From a bacterium (GTDB lineage Bacteria; UBA8248): 64,000 nucleotides of DNA. The stretch covers positions 640,001 through 704,000 of the forward strand of contig CBDATS010000005.1 in the NCBI GenBank assembly GCA_965200245.1, in the 5' to 3' direction. The position numbers were made by a program, and so were the translations under genes. Of this stretch, positions 52,307 to 62,248 are shown one piece after another (positions within the stretch are counted from its first letter, which is position 1; each line of letters opens with the position of its first letter). Under the pieces are notes generated by a model. That model was not told where the DNA came from. It did no database searches and saw only the letters and a list, made by a program, of their open reading frames with translations.

Positions 52307-53392
52307 TCAGACACTATACTGCCGTATGGCCTCTTTGGTGAATTCCACCCCGTGGCCAGGGACATCGGGAACCGCCAGGCAACCGTTCAATACGGGAAAT
52401 TCCCGCGTAAGAGTCTCTGCAGGCAGCATCTCCACGTACTCCACCATGTAGCCGCTCGGCGTTGCGGCGAGGAGGCTCACGGACACCTCCTGGAGAAGAT
52501 GCGCACATAGCGAAAGATTATAGGCCTCCGCCAAGTGGACGGCTTTCCGAAACTCCGTCACGCCGCCGCATCGGCCCACATCGGGCTGCAGATAGACCGC
52601 CGCCCTCCTCTCGCAAATCTCGCGAAAGCCCCAGCGCATGTAGGCGTTTTCCCCAGCGGCGACGGGTACGGGACTTTTCTCGGCCACATCAGCGAGATCG
52701 TCTACCGAATCGGCGAGCACTGGCTCCTCAAACCAGCGCACGTCGTATTCGGCGAGCATAGCGGCTACTTCAAGCGCCTCGCGGGGACTATACTTCTGGT
52801 TCGCGTCCACGAACAAAACGACTGACTCGCCCACCTCATCTCTCAGGGTGCGGATCCGATCCTCATCCCGGTTCGTTCCCAGCTTGAGCTTGTACGAGTC
52901 GATACCCTTCTCCATGAAGCCTACACATTCATCCACAATCTCCGCGTCGGTGAAGGTGAGCCAGCCCCCGCTGCCATAGACGGGAACTTCATCCCTGAAA
53001 CCACCCAGAATACGAGAAAGCGGCATATCCGCCGCCTTTGCGAGCGCGTCCCAGCATGCAGTGTCTACGGCGGAGAGTGCCTGCATGCCCAGCCCGCCGC
53101 GCATTCTGGGTTTGTTCGGTCCCCAAAGACGCACCCAGAGCGCCTCGGGTGCCAAGGCGTCCTGCCCTATCGCTAGCGGAGCCAGCTCTTTCTCGATGTA
53201 GGAGACGAGCGTCGTCGAGGTCTCCCCTCCAAGGCCCATCGCGAAGCCGCAGCCTGTCGGACCGTCTTCTGTGTGTAGAAAGACCAGCAGAAAATCGAGT
53301 TCGGATTTCGTGCTGTTGGCGCTTCCTATCGCACGGGTCAAGGGAACCTTGAGTGATTTCGCCACTATCCCTGATATCTTCAGTTCAGCCAC
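52307..53392 (-). CDS. Mandelate racemase/muconate lactonizing enzyme family protein
   Basis: AVDTACWD, YKLKLG, VDANQ, WFEEP, AAGEN, QPD, PGHGVE. Confidence 0.93.
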   Translation of the reverse strand: MAELKISGIVAKSLKVPLTRAIGSANSTKSELDFLLVFLHTEDGPTGCGFAMGLGGETSTTLVSYIEKELAPLAIGQDALAPEALWVRLWGPNKPRMRGGLGMQALSAVDTACWDALAKAADMPLSRILGGFRDEVPVYGSGGWLTFTDAEIVDECVGFMEKGIDSYKLKLGTNRDEDRIRTLRDEVGESVVLFVDANQKYSPREALEVAAMLAEYDVRWFEEPVLADSVDDLADVAEKSPVPVAAGENAYMRWGFREICERRAAVYLQPDVGRCGGVTEFRKAVHLAEAYNLSLCAHLLQEVSVSLLAATPSGYMVEYVEMLPAETLTREFPVLNGCLAVPDVPGHGVEFTKEAIRQYSV

Positions 53393-53435
53393 TCTTCAAA
53401 CTCCGCCAAATCTCGCGCTTTGATAAAGTAAAAAC

Positions 53436-53476
53436 AAAGGCTGCGGAGGCTCGACCCGCGTGCCCCCGCAGCCTTT
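53436..53476 (-). terminator. Probable intrinsic terminator after the substrate-binding protein gene
   Basis: 11-bp inverted repeat AAAGGCTGCGG/CCGCAGCCTTT followed by GTTTTT on the minus strand. Confidence 0.7.
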
Positions 53477-53494
53477 CGAACAGAACCGAAAAAC

Positions 53495-54505
53495 CTAGTT
53501 CATCTTCATGCTGGCCAGCGCCTTCTCGAGCGGACCTCTCTCAATGCCCTCGCCACCCGAGAAATCGGGCAGGCGGCGAATCTTGCCGCGGCCCTTCTGC
53601 ACCTTGGCCGTCGCGTTGAGGGCGTTGACGATGCGCGGCGTGATCTTGTACAGCGGACGCACCACGTTGATGGAACGCCTGGCAATGGAGTAATCCACCT
53701 TGCGGCCCTTGGAAATCAGCCATTTGTGATAGACCTTCGCGAATTTGTCGGGATCCCTCTTCCAAAGGTTCGCGGACTTAAGGTAGGCGCGCAGGTACTT
53801 CACGAATCCGTCGGGATTGCTCTTGAGCGTCCTGGGGTTCGCGAGTTCGATGAAGATCATAGCTGGAGGATTGTCGTACTTGCAGTAATCCACGATGGGC
53901 CTGCCCCATTTCTTATCCTCCAGCCGGAAAGAAGTGGGCGCGCCGATGACCATCGCGGAAACCACCTTGGCGCGGAAGGCAGAGAGGCGTTCCGCCGTCG
54001 TGGTATTCATGATCTTGATGTCTTTCGGTTTCATCTTGAACGCGGGCAGGATGCCGTTGTCCAGCACGAAGTGGGTGGATGTGCCCTTTTTCTCGGCGAT
54101 GGTCTTGCCCTTCAAATCGGCCACCGTCTTGATGGGAGAATCGGGATGCACCCATATCGAAATGGATTTACACCAGGAGGAACTCGCGGAGATCATCACG
54201 AGCCCCGCTTTCTTGGCCACGCCGTCCACGTAGGGCCGCGTGGCGCCGTGGCCCACGTCGAGACTGCGAGAGAGCAGCGCCTCGATGACGAGCTTGCCCT
54301 GCGGGAAGACCTTCACACTCCAATTGCCCTTGCCAAACTCTTCATCGAAATAGCCCATCCCCATGGCGACTGCCGTGAAGGAACCGAACGTCTGGCGATG
54401 CATGCCAATACGGAACTTGGCTGCCTCTGCGTCCGTCGCATGGAAGCCAACCGGCACGAGGCTCAATACGAGGACCAGACATAAGAATCCGAACCACTTT
54501 CTCAT
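53495..54505 (-). CDS. ABC-type substrate-binding protein (SsuA/TauA-like), orphan
   Basis: Signal peptide ending AEA, GYFDEE, SPIKTVADLKGKTIA...GTSTH; very Lys-rich. Confidence 0.85.
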   Translation of the reverse strand: MRKWFGFLCLVLVLSLVPVGFHATDAEAAKFRIGMHRQTFGSFTAVAMGMGYFDEEFGKGNWSVKVFPQGKLVIEALLSRSLDVGHGATRPYVDGVAKKAGLVMISASSSWCKSISIWVHPDSPIKTVADLKGKTIAEKKGTSTHFVLDNGILPAFKMKPKDIKIMNTTTAERLSAFRAKVVSAMVIGAPTSFRLEDKKWGRPIVDYCKYDNPPAMIFIELANPRTLKSNPDGFVKYLRAYLKSANLWKRDPDKFAKVYHKWLISKGRKVDYSIARRSINVVRPLYKITPRIVNALNATAKVQKGRGKIRRLPDFSGGEGIERGPLEKALASMKMN

Positions 54506-54679
54506 CTTGTTTCTCCTCTCGAAAGATGAAAATGGACAGCTTAGCTACGAAAGCGCGCGACTATTTTAAATCGGATAGGTATAGTATGCCACAAACGGGG
54601 TTCCATTGCATCCGGTACAATGCACCCTATCTCTCTTAAGCCCTCAAGAAAACCCGCGCCCCTGAAGGGACCGCCCATC

Positions 54680-55498
54680 TCAAAGCCGCATCAAGTCCTC
54701 GCCTGCGACGATGGGGCCCCCGAAATAGGGGGCTATCGCCTCGCGCACCTTATCATTCGGTGCCAGGGGAGGAACGACGTGTGCGAACACCAGTTTTTCG
54801 ACGCCCGCCTCGGTGGCCGTCCTTCCGACTTCTTCCGCCGTGGCGTGATGGGCCGACACGATTTTTGCCGTGGCTCTGTAACCCCCGAAATTCTCGTTGA
54901 TCAACTCCGGCAGGCAGGGGTGCATGACCAGTAAGTCCGCTCCCTGCGCCAAGGGAACAAGCTTCTCCGTGGGGCTGCCGTCGCTCGCGATGACAATCTT
55001 TCTCCCTTCCGCCTCGAACGCGTAGGAGAGGATGTCGTCCACGTTGCCGTGGTGTGTGCCCTTATCGATGCGGAGGACGAGACCGTCCACTTCCAGGACA
55101 TCGCCGGGTTCGAGGACGAATACCTCGATATCGGTTCCCGCCCTGGGCTTTCCCTCTTCTACTCTCAGATCGATGTCGTATTCATAGTAGCGGAGCATCC
55201 GCTCGACAATTTCCTTGACGGGCGCAGGCCCGTAGACCTTGAGCGGCGTCGATGCGCCCAGTATCCAACGCGAAATAAAGAACTCGCCGAATCCCGTGTA
55301 GTGATCCGAGTGAAAATGCGTGAAAAACAAATGATCCACGTCCCTGACATGAAAGCCTGACTTCATGATCTGGGTTGCCGCGTGGCGTGCGGCGTCTACC
55401 AGATATATCTTTCCGCCCTTTACGACCGCGTTGCAAGGACCGCTTTTCTGCGGGGTCGGCGGCGGCGCGCCCACACCCAGGAGTATCAGTTCCAACAC
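54680..55498 (-). CDS. MBL-fold hydrolase, RNase Z/AtsA-like
   Basis: LLGVGAP, THFHSDH, VYGP, ASDG, GADLL, HH...EEVG; GTG at 55498 follows AGAGGGG. Confidence 0.88.
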   Translation of the reverse strand: MLELILLGVGAPPPTPQKSGPCNAVVKGGKIYLVDAARHAATQIMKSGFHVRDVDHLFFTHFHSDHYTGFGEFFISRWILGASTPLKVYGPAPVKEIVERMLRYYEYDIDLRVEEGKPRAGTDIEVFVLEPGDVLEVDGLVLRIDKGTHHGNVDDILSYAFEAEGRKIVIASDGSPTEKLVPLAQGADLLVMHPCLPELINENFGGYRATAKIVSAHHATAEEVGRTATEAGVEKLVFAHVVPPLAPNDKVREAIAPYFGGPIVAGEDLMRL

Positions 55499-55607
55499 AG
55501 TTTTCCCCTCTTTTGCAAAAGTGACCGACCATCTTGCCGGAATGTATGCTTGGGAGTATTCTTGCGCGAACACCCTTGCTCACGTCAACCAGAAGAGAGA
55601 GACCGCC

Positions 55608-56468
55608 ATGAAGCACTTGTCCAAGCACCTGTACGCAGAGACCGACTATGACTGGGCGAACGTGGGCGCCGCCGCCACAGAGAGCGGAGTCGTTCTCCTC
55701 GATTGCCCGGTGCGGCCGAGCGATTCGCGCAAATGGCAGGAAGAGGTCTCGTGTTTGAGCCCGCTGGGGGTACGCTACCTCATCGCCACCGACTATCATG
55801 GCGACCACACTACAGGCTCTTCGTTCATCGAAGGGGACGTGGCGCTCATCGCCCCCCAGTATGTCTATAACGAGATATCGAAGGGCGAAAACGCTTTTTC
55901 CAAAGAAATTTTCGTGAAGACGCTGCATGATCTGGGCTTCGTCGAAGAGGCGGAGGAGATCGAAAACGCCGCCGTCCCGCTGCCCCAGTTTTGCTTCGAG
56001 GACAGTCTCATGTTACACCTTCCGCCGCTCACGTTCGAGATTCATCGCAAGGGAGGTCACTCCCCGGCATGTACTTCTGTTCTCGTTCCCGAGGAGGGCG
56101 TACTCTTCGCAGGAGATGTCGTGATCAACGGCCCCTCTGCCGGTATGCGTGACGCTTTCGTGCAGGAGTGGATTGACGCGCTCGCCTGGGTGGAGGGCCT
56201 CCATATCGGAACCATCGTCCCCGGTCACGGCGAGATATGCGGCAAGGAAGTAGCGACGGAACTCAAGGCTCGCCTGAGCGGGATGATGGAGATCATGGTT
56301 GAGGTTGTCGCCGCGGGCAAGGAGAAGCGAGAAGCCACAGAAGACCCGAAATTCATGAAATATTTCCACGCCGACGAAACACGCGGCGAATACTGGCTCC
56401 AGCAGAGGAAAGACACCTTCAGAGATGGGCTGGAGCGTTTGTATGACGAGGTCATTGCACAGGGCTAG
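55608..56468 (+). CDS. MBL-fold metallo-hydrolase (cyclase-like)
   Basis: ANVGA, TDYHGDH, GGHS, LFAGD, VPGHG. Start reset to ATG 55608. Confidence 0.87.
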   Translation: MKHLSKHLYAETDYDWANVGAAATESGVVLLDCPVRPSDSRKWQEEVSCLSPLGVRYLIATDYHGDHTTGSSFIEGDVALIAPQYVYNEISKGENAFSKEIFVKTLHDLGFVEEAEEIENAAVPLPQFCFEDSLMLHLPPLTFEIHRKGGHSPACTSVLVPEEGVLFAGDVVINGPSAGMRDAFVQEWIDALAWVEGLHIGTIVPGHGEICGKEVATELKARLSGMMEIMVEVVAAGKEKREATEDPKFMKYFHADETRGEYWLQQRKDTFRDGLERLYDEVIAQG

Positions 56469-56504
56469 AGGCCTGCTCCATCACCATCTGACAAGGAGGC
56501 GCAA

Positions 56505-56933
56505 ATGAGGGTAGAAGAGAAAAAAATCGGCCGTATCTTTCGCGTCACGCTCGAGGCCGGGGACAATTTCTATACGAACCTGTGCGATCTCGTAAAAGAG
56601 AAAAACATCCGCGCGGGTTCGGTGTTTCTCATCGGCGCCCTCGCCGAGACAGACATGATATCGGGCTTCAAGAGCATGAACGGCTATGATGTCGATCGCC
56701 TGCACTTCGAGGGTTGGCGCGAACTCGTGGCACTCGGCAATATCACCTGGCCGGATGAGCCTCCCCAGGCGCTCGGCGACGTAACTTGGGACGAACCTCA
56801 GCCCTACGTCCACGTACACATGGCCATCAGCGGTGGGCCGGGCGAGCCCGAAAAAGTCCTGGTGGGCCACCTGAGCGACGGCGTAATCAAAGGCGGCATG
56901 GTCGTCGAAATCTACGAGCACTTGGACGCCTAG
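56505..56933 (+). CDS. PPC/DUF296-domain protein
   Basis: LEAGD, IGAL, ELVALGNI, HVH, VGHL. Confidence 0.85.
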   Translation: MRVEEKKIGRIFRVTLEAGDNFYTNLCDLVKEKNIRAGSVFLIGALAETDMISGFKSMNGYDVDRLHFEGWRELVALGNITWPDEPPQALGDVTWDEPQPYVHVHMAISGGPGEPEKVLVGHLSDGVIKGGMVVEIYEHLDA

Positions 56934-56978
56934 ATCGATTCGTCCCCTGTTCAGGACAGATCTTCGCTGGAAGAAACG

Positions 56979-58130
56979 ATGGCCGACTCCTCACTTGAAA
57001 ATCTCCCTTTCGCGCCCAGCGAAGACCCCTTCGTTGTGGAACACGGCGGTTTCTATCGCCGATGGCTTTCCATGATCCAGGATCTCGAGGAGTTGAAAAA
57101 CACCGTCGCGTCTCTCAAGGGCACGACGGACGATCTGTGGGTTCCCCTCTGGCGCGGGATTGGAGCGCGCCATGAACAAGAGGCGGAAGAGTCCGCTGCC
57201 AGTGGTGATACGACCGGCGCACAGGAAAAATTCCTGCTTGCCAAGACTTATTACAGTATCGCGCGATTTCCCCGCCCGCTCACCCCGCTCAAAGAGAAAG
57301 CGAACCGCGACTGTATACGCGTTTACTTGAGAGCGTGCGAGTATCTCGAACCACCGCTTGAGGTTGTAAATGTAGAATGTGAGGGCAGGCACATCACCTC
57401 CCATTTCCGCGCGCCCAAAGACGCAGACGATGCCAATCCAGCGCCTGCCGTCCTCATCATGTGTGGCGGGGACATGTTCAAGGAAGACCGCGGCTGGGCA
57501 GGCGAGATGGCCTTGGACCACGGCCTCGCCACTCTGGTGATGGATGGCCCCGGTACAGGAGAGAACCCCTTTTCCTACGAACCGGAATCCGTCTCCGCGT
57601 GGAAGGCGGCGGTGGATTATCTCGCCGCCCGCCCCGAGGTTGACGCGGAGCGCATCGGCGCGTTCGGCATCAGCCGGGGCGGGCATTCAGTGATGCTGCT
57701 CGCAGGTTCCTACCCCGAGAAGGTGCGTGCCGCCGTGGCGAGCGCGGGTCATCACTTTGGCTACCGCATGACGGAGGCGGAGATGGCGAACTACGTCGCC
57801 AACAGGAAAAGACGCGCTGCCTACGTTTTCGGTGCACCCGGAGACGGCCCCTCGTTTCCACCCACTACAGTTGAACAGGAAGAAGCGCTTTTCAAGCGCT
57901 GGTCGCTGAGCGAGTTGGGGCTCGTGGAGAAAATCGTCTGCCCCATCTTGATGATCAACGGAAAGCAGGATCACCTCGCCCCCATCGGGAACATCTACTA
58001 CATGCTCGAGCACGGCCCCGTTACCGGCAAGGAGGCGCGCGTCTACCCCGATGACGGACACTGCGCCTTCAAGCACTTCGCCGAGTGGGCACCCGAGTCG
58101 TTTCGGTGGCTCAGGGAGAGGTTGGAATGA
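56979..58130 (+). CDS. Alpha/beta hydrolase, FrsA-like
   Basis: ARFP, GGDMFKED, DGPGTGE, GISRGG, NGKQD, GHC. Confidence 0.87.
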   Translation: MADSSLENLPFAPSEDPFVVEHGGFYRRWLSMIQDLEELKNTVASLKGTTDDLWVPLWRGIGARHEQEAEESAASGDTTGAQEKFLLAKTYYSIARFPRPLTPLKEKANRDCIRVYLRACEYLEPPLEVVNVECEGRHITSHFRAPKDADDANPAPAVLIMCGGDMFKEDRGWAGEMALDHGLATLVMDGPGTGENPFSYEPESVSAWKAAVDYLAARPEVDAERIGAFGISRGGHSVMLLAGSYPEKVRAAVASAGHHFGYRMTEAEMANYVANRKRRAAYVFGAPGDGPSFPPTTVEQEEALFKRWSLSELGLVEKIVCPILMINGKQDHLAPIGNIYYMLEHGPVTGKEARVYPDDGHCAFKHFAEWAPESFRWLRERLE

Positions 58131-58422
58131 GGGATCAACGAATATCCAGCGCAACTTGGGCGTGCGCTGCAAATACTCCTTTCCACTGTCCTGGAGCAAT
58201 TCTCCCGCCGTATAAGGTTCGACATCCGGGGCCGTCTGCAATTTCCCTGCAGAGGCCGCATAGATAAACAGCCTATCGTAGACAGAGCGCGACCCGTCCC
58301 CTACTACGAAACCACAAAAATCGAATCGAAACCGCAGCAGAGCGTCCATTTTGCGTTCGCCATGCACCCGTGGCTACCCTGTCTCCCGTGGCCGTCCCAC
58401 TACAACCGCCGCAAAATGTTCA

Positions 58423-58836
58423 TCAACCATCCTTTTCGTTCGGGTCTGCCCTTCCCCCTGCGTGTTTCTCGATGGCGCGTTTCGCTGCCGCGAGAGCGTG
58501 GTTCGTCTTTGGAAAACCGATATAGGGGCAAAGCGAGACGATAGCCTCTATCAACTCCTCGGGCTTGAGTCCCTGGTTCAACAAACCGCGCGAGTGAATC
58601 TCCACCTCACCTGTGAGGTCCTGCGCCGCCGCCGCTGCGACGATGAGCATCTCTCGCGTCCTGTTGTCGAGTAGAGGCTGGCTCCAGCAGGTGCCGAAGC
58701 AATACTCCACGATGGCGCGCGTGTGTGTGGGCGATAGTTCCGTCATCTCGGTGAACGTGCCTGCGAGGCCGTCCTCCCCGTAGATGCCGAGTGATTTCCG
58801 TATGGCAAGACCTCGCTCGTAGCGCTCCTCGTTCAT
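58423..58836 (-). CDS. Carboxymuconolactone decarboxylase family protein (PcaC-like)
   Basis: ERYERGLAIR, YCFGTCWSQPLLDNRTRE, YIGFP. Confidence 0.88.
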   Translation of the reverse strand: MNEERYERGLAIRKSLGIYGEDGLAGTFTEMTELSPTHTRAIVEYCFGTCWSQPLLDNRTREMLIVAAAAAQDLTGEVEIHSRGLLNQGLKPEELIEAIVSLCPYIGFPKTNHALAAAKRAIEKHAGGRADPNEKDG

Positions 58837-58937
58837 TTGCGTCTCCTGAATATAATAAGATAGCGGGTAGATGGACTACAGGAGCGGACACACAGGCCCG
58901 CCCCTACCAAAAAAAACTCTCCTGCGCCGGTGATGGA

Positions 58938-59327
58938 TCACTCCCCATCTCCGGGTATCGCGCTTGGCCGCGTGAGGATTAAGCAAATCACTCCCGCGCA
59001 TATCGCGGCGAGCAGAATCTTGACGTATGCCGGCACGCTCACTAGATATATCGAAGGACCCGACAAGACGACGATGAGCGAAACGGAAGTCCATTTCGCC
59101 TTTGGACGGATGATGCCGTGACGCTGCCAGTTCATGATCAGCGGGCCATAGAGTTTGTGGCCCAGCAGCCAAGCGTGGAGCCTCTCCGAACTCTTCGAGA
59201 AGGCGAACGCCGCCAAGAGGATAAAGGGCGTCGTCGGCAGGACGGGCAGCAAAAGGCCGATGAAACCCAGCGCTAGACAGATACAACCGAGCGTCAGGAA
59301 GAAGGGTCTCGATATTTTTTCCCACAT
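58938..59327 (-). CDS. YbaN/DUF454 family inner-membrane protein
   Basis: LPVLPTTPFILLAA...SSERLHAWL...YGPLI. Confidence 0.92.
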   Translation of the reverse strand: MWEKISRPFFLTLGCICLALGFIGLLLPVLPTTPFILLAAFAFSKSSERLHAWLLGHKLYGPLIMNWQRHGIIRPKAKWTSVSLIVVLSGPSIYLVSVPAYVKILLAAICAGVICLILTRPSAIPGDGE

Positions 59328-59466
59328 GCGCACAACTCCCACCGATAGGCGTTTCAGGGATTCTCGCCCGAAGTGGCCTTTTCCACAACGCTCGGCATTC
59401 GGTTTTAGCGAGCCGGTGTACTAGAATGCGTGGATTGCCTTTCCATACCTCTTCTATGGAGCCGCC

Positions 59467-61173
59467 ATGTCCGCTTCGGAAAAAGTGAACGCCGATTCTT
59501 TGTGGAGACATCTGGAAAGCATCTGCCAATGGGAACGCTACACAGGCACAGAAGGCGAGAACGAAGCCGTACGATATATCGTAGCCGAACTCACCGACTT
59601 AGGGATAGACGTTGAGGTGCATGCGTTCGAATCGCTCATCAGCATACCAGGTGAGACGACTCTCCACATATCCGGAGAACACTCGGTGACGATTCCCGCC
59701 ATCACCGCCGTCTTCGGCGCCTCCACGGGAGAGAACGGCGTTAGCGGGCAGGCTGTTTACGTGGGCGAGGCAGATGCGCCCGATGCGCCGTTCACCGATC
59801 CTTTCTATATGGGCGCATCGGGAGAGACGCCTGTGGCGGGGCGAATCGTCGTGGCCGAAGGGATGCTCAGCCCCGCGCGCTTTCATCACTTCGAACGACG
59901 CGGCGCGCTCGCGCAGGTTTATGTCAACAAAGGCTACGCGCACGAGCTTACCGTTTCGACCATCTGGGGCGCGCCGACGCCCGAGAACATCGCGCGCCTG
60001 CCGAAGACGCCCGTCGTCACCCTTTCACGCGAACAGGGCGCTGCGCTTCTCGAGCGCTTACGGGGCAAGGAAGAGGTGAGCCTTTGTGTCCATGCCAGGA
60101 CGGACACCACCTGGCGTGAGACGCTGATGCCCGTGGCAAGTATCCCGCCTTCAGACGGCAGTGAGGAGTATGTGCTCGTCGGCGGGCACATCGATTCCTG
60201 GCACATAGGTGCAAACGACAACGCGGCGGGCGACGCTACTCTCATTGAGCTTGCGCGTATCGCGCATGAAACGCGGGGCGAACTGAAGCGCGGTCTCAAG
60301 GTCGCTTGGTGGAACGGCCACTCGCACGGGCGATTCTCGGGCTCCACCTGGTATGCGGATCACATGTTTCACGAACTGTACCGAAACTGCGCCGCCTACC
60401 TGAACATCGATCAGCCCGGCTGCAGGGGCGCGACACTCTACCGTCCCTTCTGCACGGCAGATATCCGCGACTGGGTGCGGGATGTCATCTCGTGCATCGG
60501 CGGACAGACGACCGAGCCGGACCACCCCCGCAAGATGGCGGATCAGTCTTTCTGGGGCGTGGGGATTCCCTCGTTCTCTTTCCTGCCTGTGCTCCCGCCC
60601 GGCCACCCCGATCTCCACAAGGATCACCCAAGCAGCGGCTTTCCCGAATACTGGCACCACCCTGCCGACACACTCGACAAGATGGATGGGAACTTGCTCG
60701 CCGAGCATTGCCGATTATATGCGGCAGCACTCCACGAGCTTTGCAGCATGGAGCGCGTGCCCCTGAACCCCGCCACCACCGCCACCGTCGTGAACGAGGA
60801 GATCGATCGGCTTGATGCGCTCTCGGACGGCGCGGTGTATCTGGGTGATTTGCGAGATGCAGGCGCGCGTTTCGCACGCTCGTGTGAGGCTTTGGGCGCG
60901 AAACTTGATGACGTCGATGTCGCCCGTGCCAACCGCGCACTTCTCAAGATAAGTCACGCGGTCAATCCCGTTCTCTACACCCTCGCAGGCCCGTTCGATC
61001 ACGACCCGGCAAGTGGTGCATTCCGGCTTCCCGGCCTTCAGTGCATCGGAAATTTCGTGGAGCGTGGTCCTTCAAGCGACGCCGGGCGAGTCATCTACAC
61101 GCGCATCCTGCGTGAGAAAAACCGCATCATCGCAGGCCTCGACACCGCAAGCGCCGTGGCGGATGAAGTGTAG
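59467..61173 (+). CDS. M28-family peptidase with PA domain
   Basis: GGHIDSW, GANDNAAG, WNGHSHGRFSGS, LNID, HHPADTLDK. Confidence 0.88.
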   Translation: MSASEKVNADSLWRHLESICQWERYTGTEGENEAVRYIVAELTDLGIDVEVHAFESLISIPGETTLHISGEHSVTIPAITAVFGASTGENGVSGQAVYVGEADAPDAPFTDPFYMGASGETPVAGRIVVAEGMLSPARFHHFERRGALAQVYVNKGYAHELTVSTIWGAPTPENIARLPKTPVVTLSREQGAALLERLRGKEEVSLCVHARTDTTWRETLMPVASIPPSDGSEEYVLVGGHIDSWHIGANDNAAGDATLIELARIAHETRGELKRGLKVAWWNGHSHGRFSGSTWYADHMFHELYRNCAAYLNIDQPGCRGATLYRPFCTADIRDWVRDVISCIGGQTTEPDHPRKMADQSFWGVGIPSFSFLPVLPPGHPDLHKDHPSSGFPEYWHHPADTLDKMDGNLLAEHCRLYAAALHELCSMERVPLNPATTATVVNEEIDRLDALSDGAVYLGDLRDAGARFARSCEALGAKLDDVDVARANRALLKISHAVNPVLYTLAGPFDHDPASGAFRLPGLQCIGNFVERGPSSDAGRVIYTRILREKNRIIAGLDTASAVADEV

Positions 61174-61798
61174 GCGAGATTTAGCGTCGTCACTTGAGGC
61201 TCTCGGGGTCGTCAGACCCGGTGGGGAGGAACCCGGGCCTCGCCGAGAGAACCGTGCTCGTGAGTTGGGGATGCAATACCTAGAAATGGCAGAGTGGGAC
61301 ACATCCAGTCGGCCCGGAGCAGCAAGTCAGAAAGAAGAATCCAGAATGATAACCTCTCCGCTTTTGGCTACGTTCACACGGCTTGAATTGAAAACGAAAA
61401 TCGCCGCACTGACAGGTGGTGAGGATAACAAATTGATTAATGGATTCCCAGAGGTGTCGCCACACGCCTGGAAGTGTTGGAAGGAGCAGACCATCGTTTC
61501 GCTCTACGGTCAGATGTCGTTACTAAGGCGGTTTGGGAAGTCTCCCATTGACTTAGGGGTTGCGCTCCCTGAAACAAATAACCAATGCCGAATCCCAAGT
61601 GGGCGGAATCAGACAAACCACGGGGATTTTGATCTTACACAATATCCGCAAAAGGCCCCGGGTCCGCCTTGATCCCCAGGTATTTCGGCGGATTCCAACA
61701 TCCGGCAGTTTTGATCGAAAAAAGATTGGGGAGGGAGAAAATCACCATCCGCTCGTTGCGCCCTTGGCTAGGAGAGAGCCACGAGGCGTGATTCCCGG

Positions 61799-62248
61799 CT
61801 AATCGGCCGTTCGCAGGAGAGTATAGCGTATTGTCAGCACGAGTGTCTTATCGAGATAGGGGAGGGGCGCCGCTTTTCGCACCGCCTCCAGCGAAGCGTC
61901 GTCCAGATGGACGTTACCCGAGGTCTTCTTGATTCGCAAACCCTGCGGCTGCCCGTCGGGTCTCAACCGAAAGCTCACGGTTGCCGTGCCCTCGGCACCC
62001 GATTCGCGCGCGATTGCGGGGTAATGCTGATGACGCTTGATACGTCCGAGAATGGCCTTAAGGCGAACGTCCGCATCCACCCTCACACGCCTTTTTCTGA
62101 AGGTGAAAGAAGGGGCTTCATTCGGCGCGGGACGCTCCGCCTCGACGGCAGGAGCATCCACGGACGTCTTTATCTCCTGGGCAGGTAGCGGCACAGACAA
62201 AGAGAGAAGGAGGAAAGCGAGCGCGATGAGGATCTTGGCGGTTCTCAT
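61799..62248 (-). CDS. TonB family protein (short, C-terminal domain)
   Basis: N-terminal hydrophobic segment, YPAIARESGAEG, TSGNVHLDDASLEAV...APLP; GGAGG RBS before ATG 62248. Confidence 0.85.
   Translation of the reverse strand: MRTAKILIALAFLLLSLSVPLPAQEIKTSVDAPAVEAERPAPNEAPSFTFRKRRVRVDADVRLKAILGRIKRHQHYPAIARESGAEGTATVSFRLRPDGQPQGLRIKKTSGNVHLDDASLEAVRKAAPLPYLDKTLVLTIRYTLLRTAD

Noticed and set aside
57687-58367. 226-aa minus-strand ORF
   Set aside because: Mostly antisense to the FrsA-like hydrolase. The free part (58131-58367) may be a remnant but matches no family I recognise.
61013-61802. ORFs or a cobalamin riboswitch in the M28-tonB gap
   Set aside because: No recognisable domains; the gap is downstream of the uptake operon and shows no B12-box.
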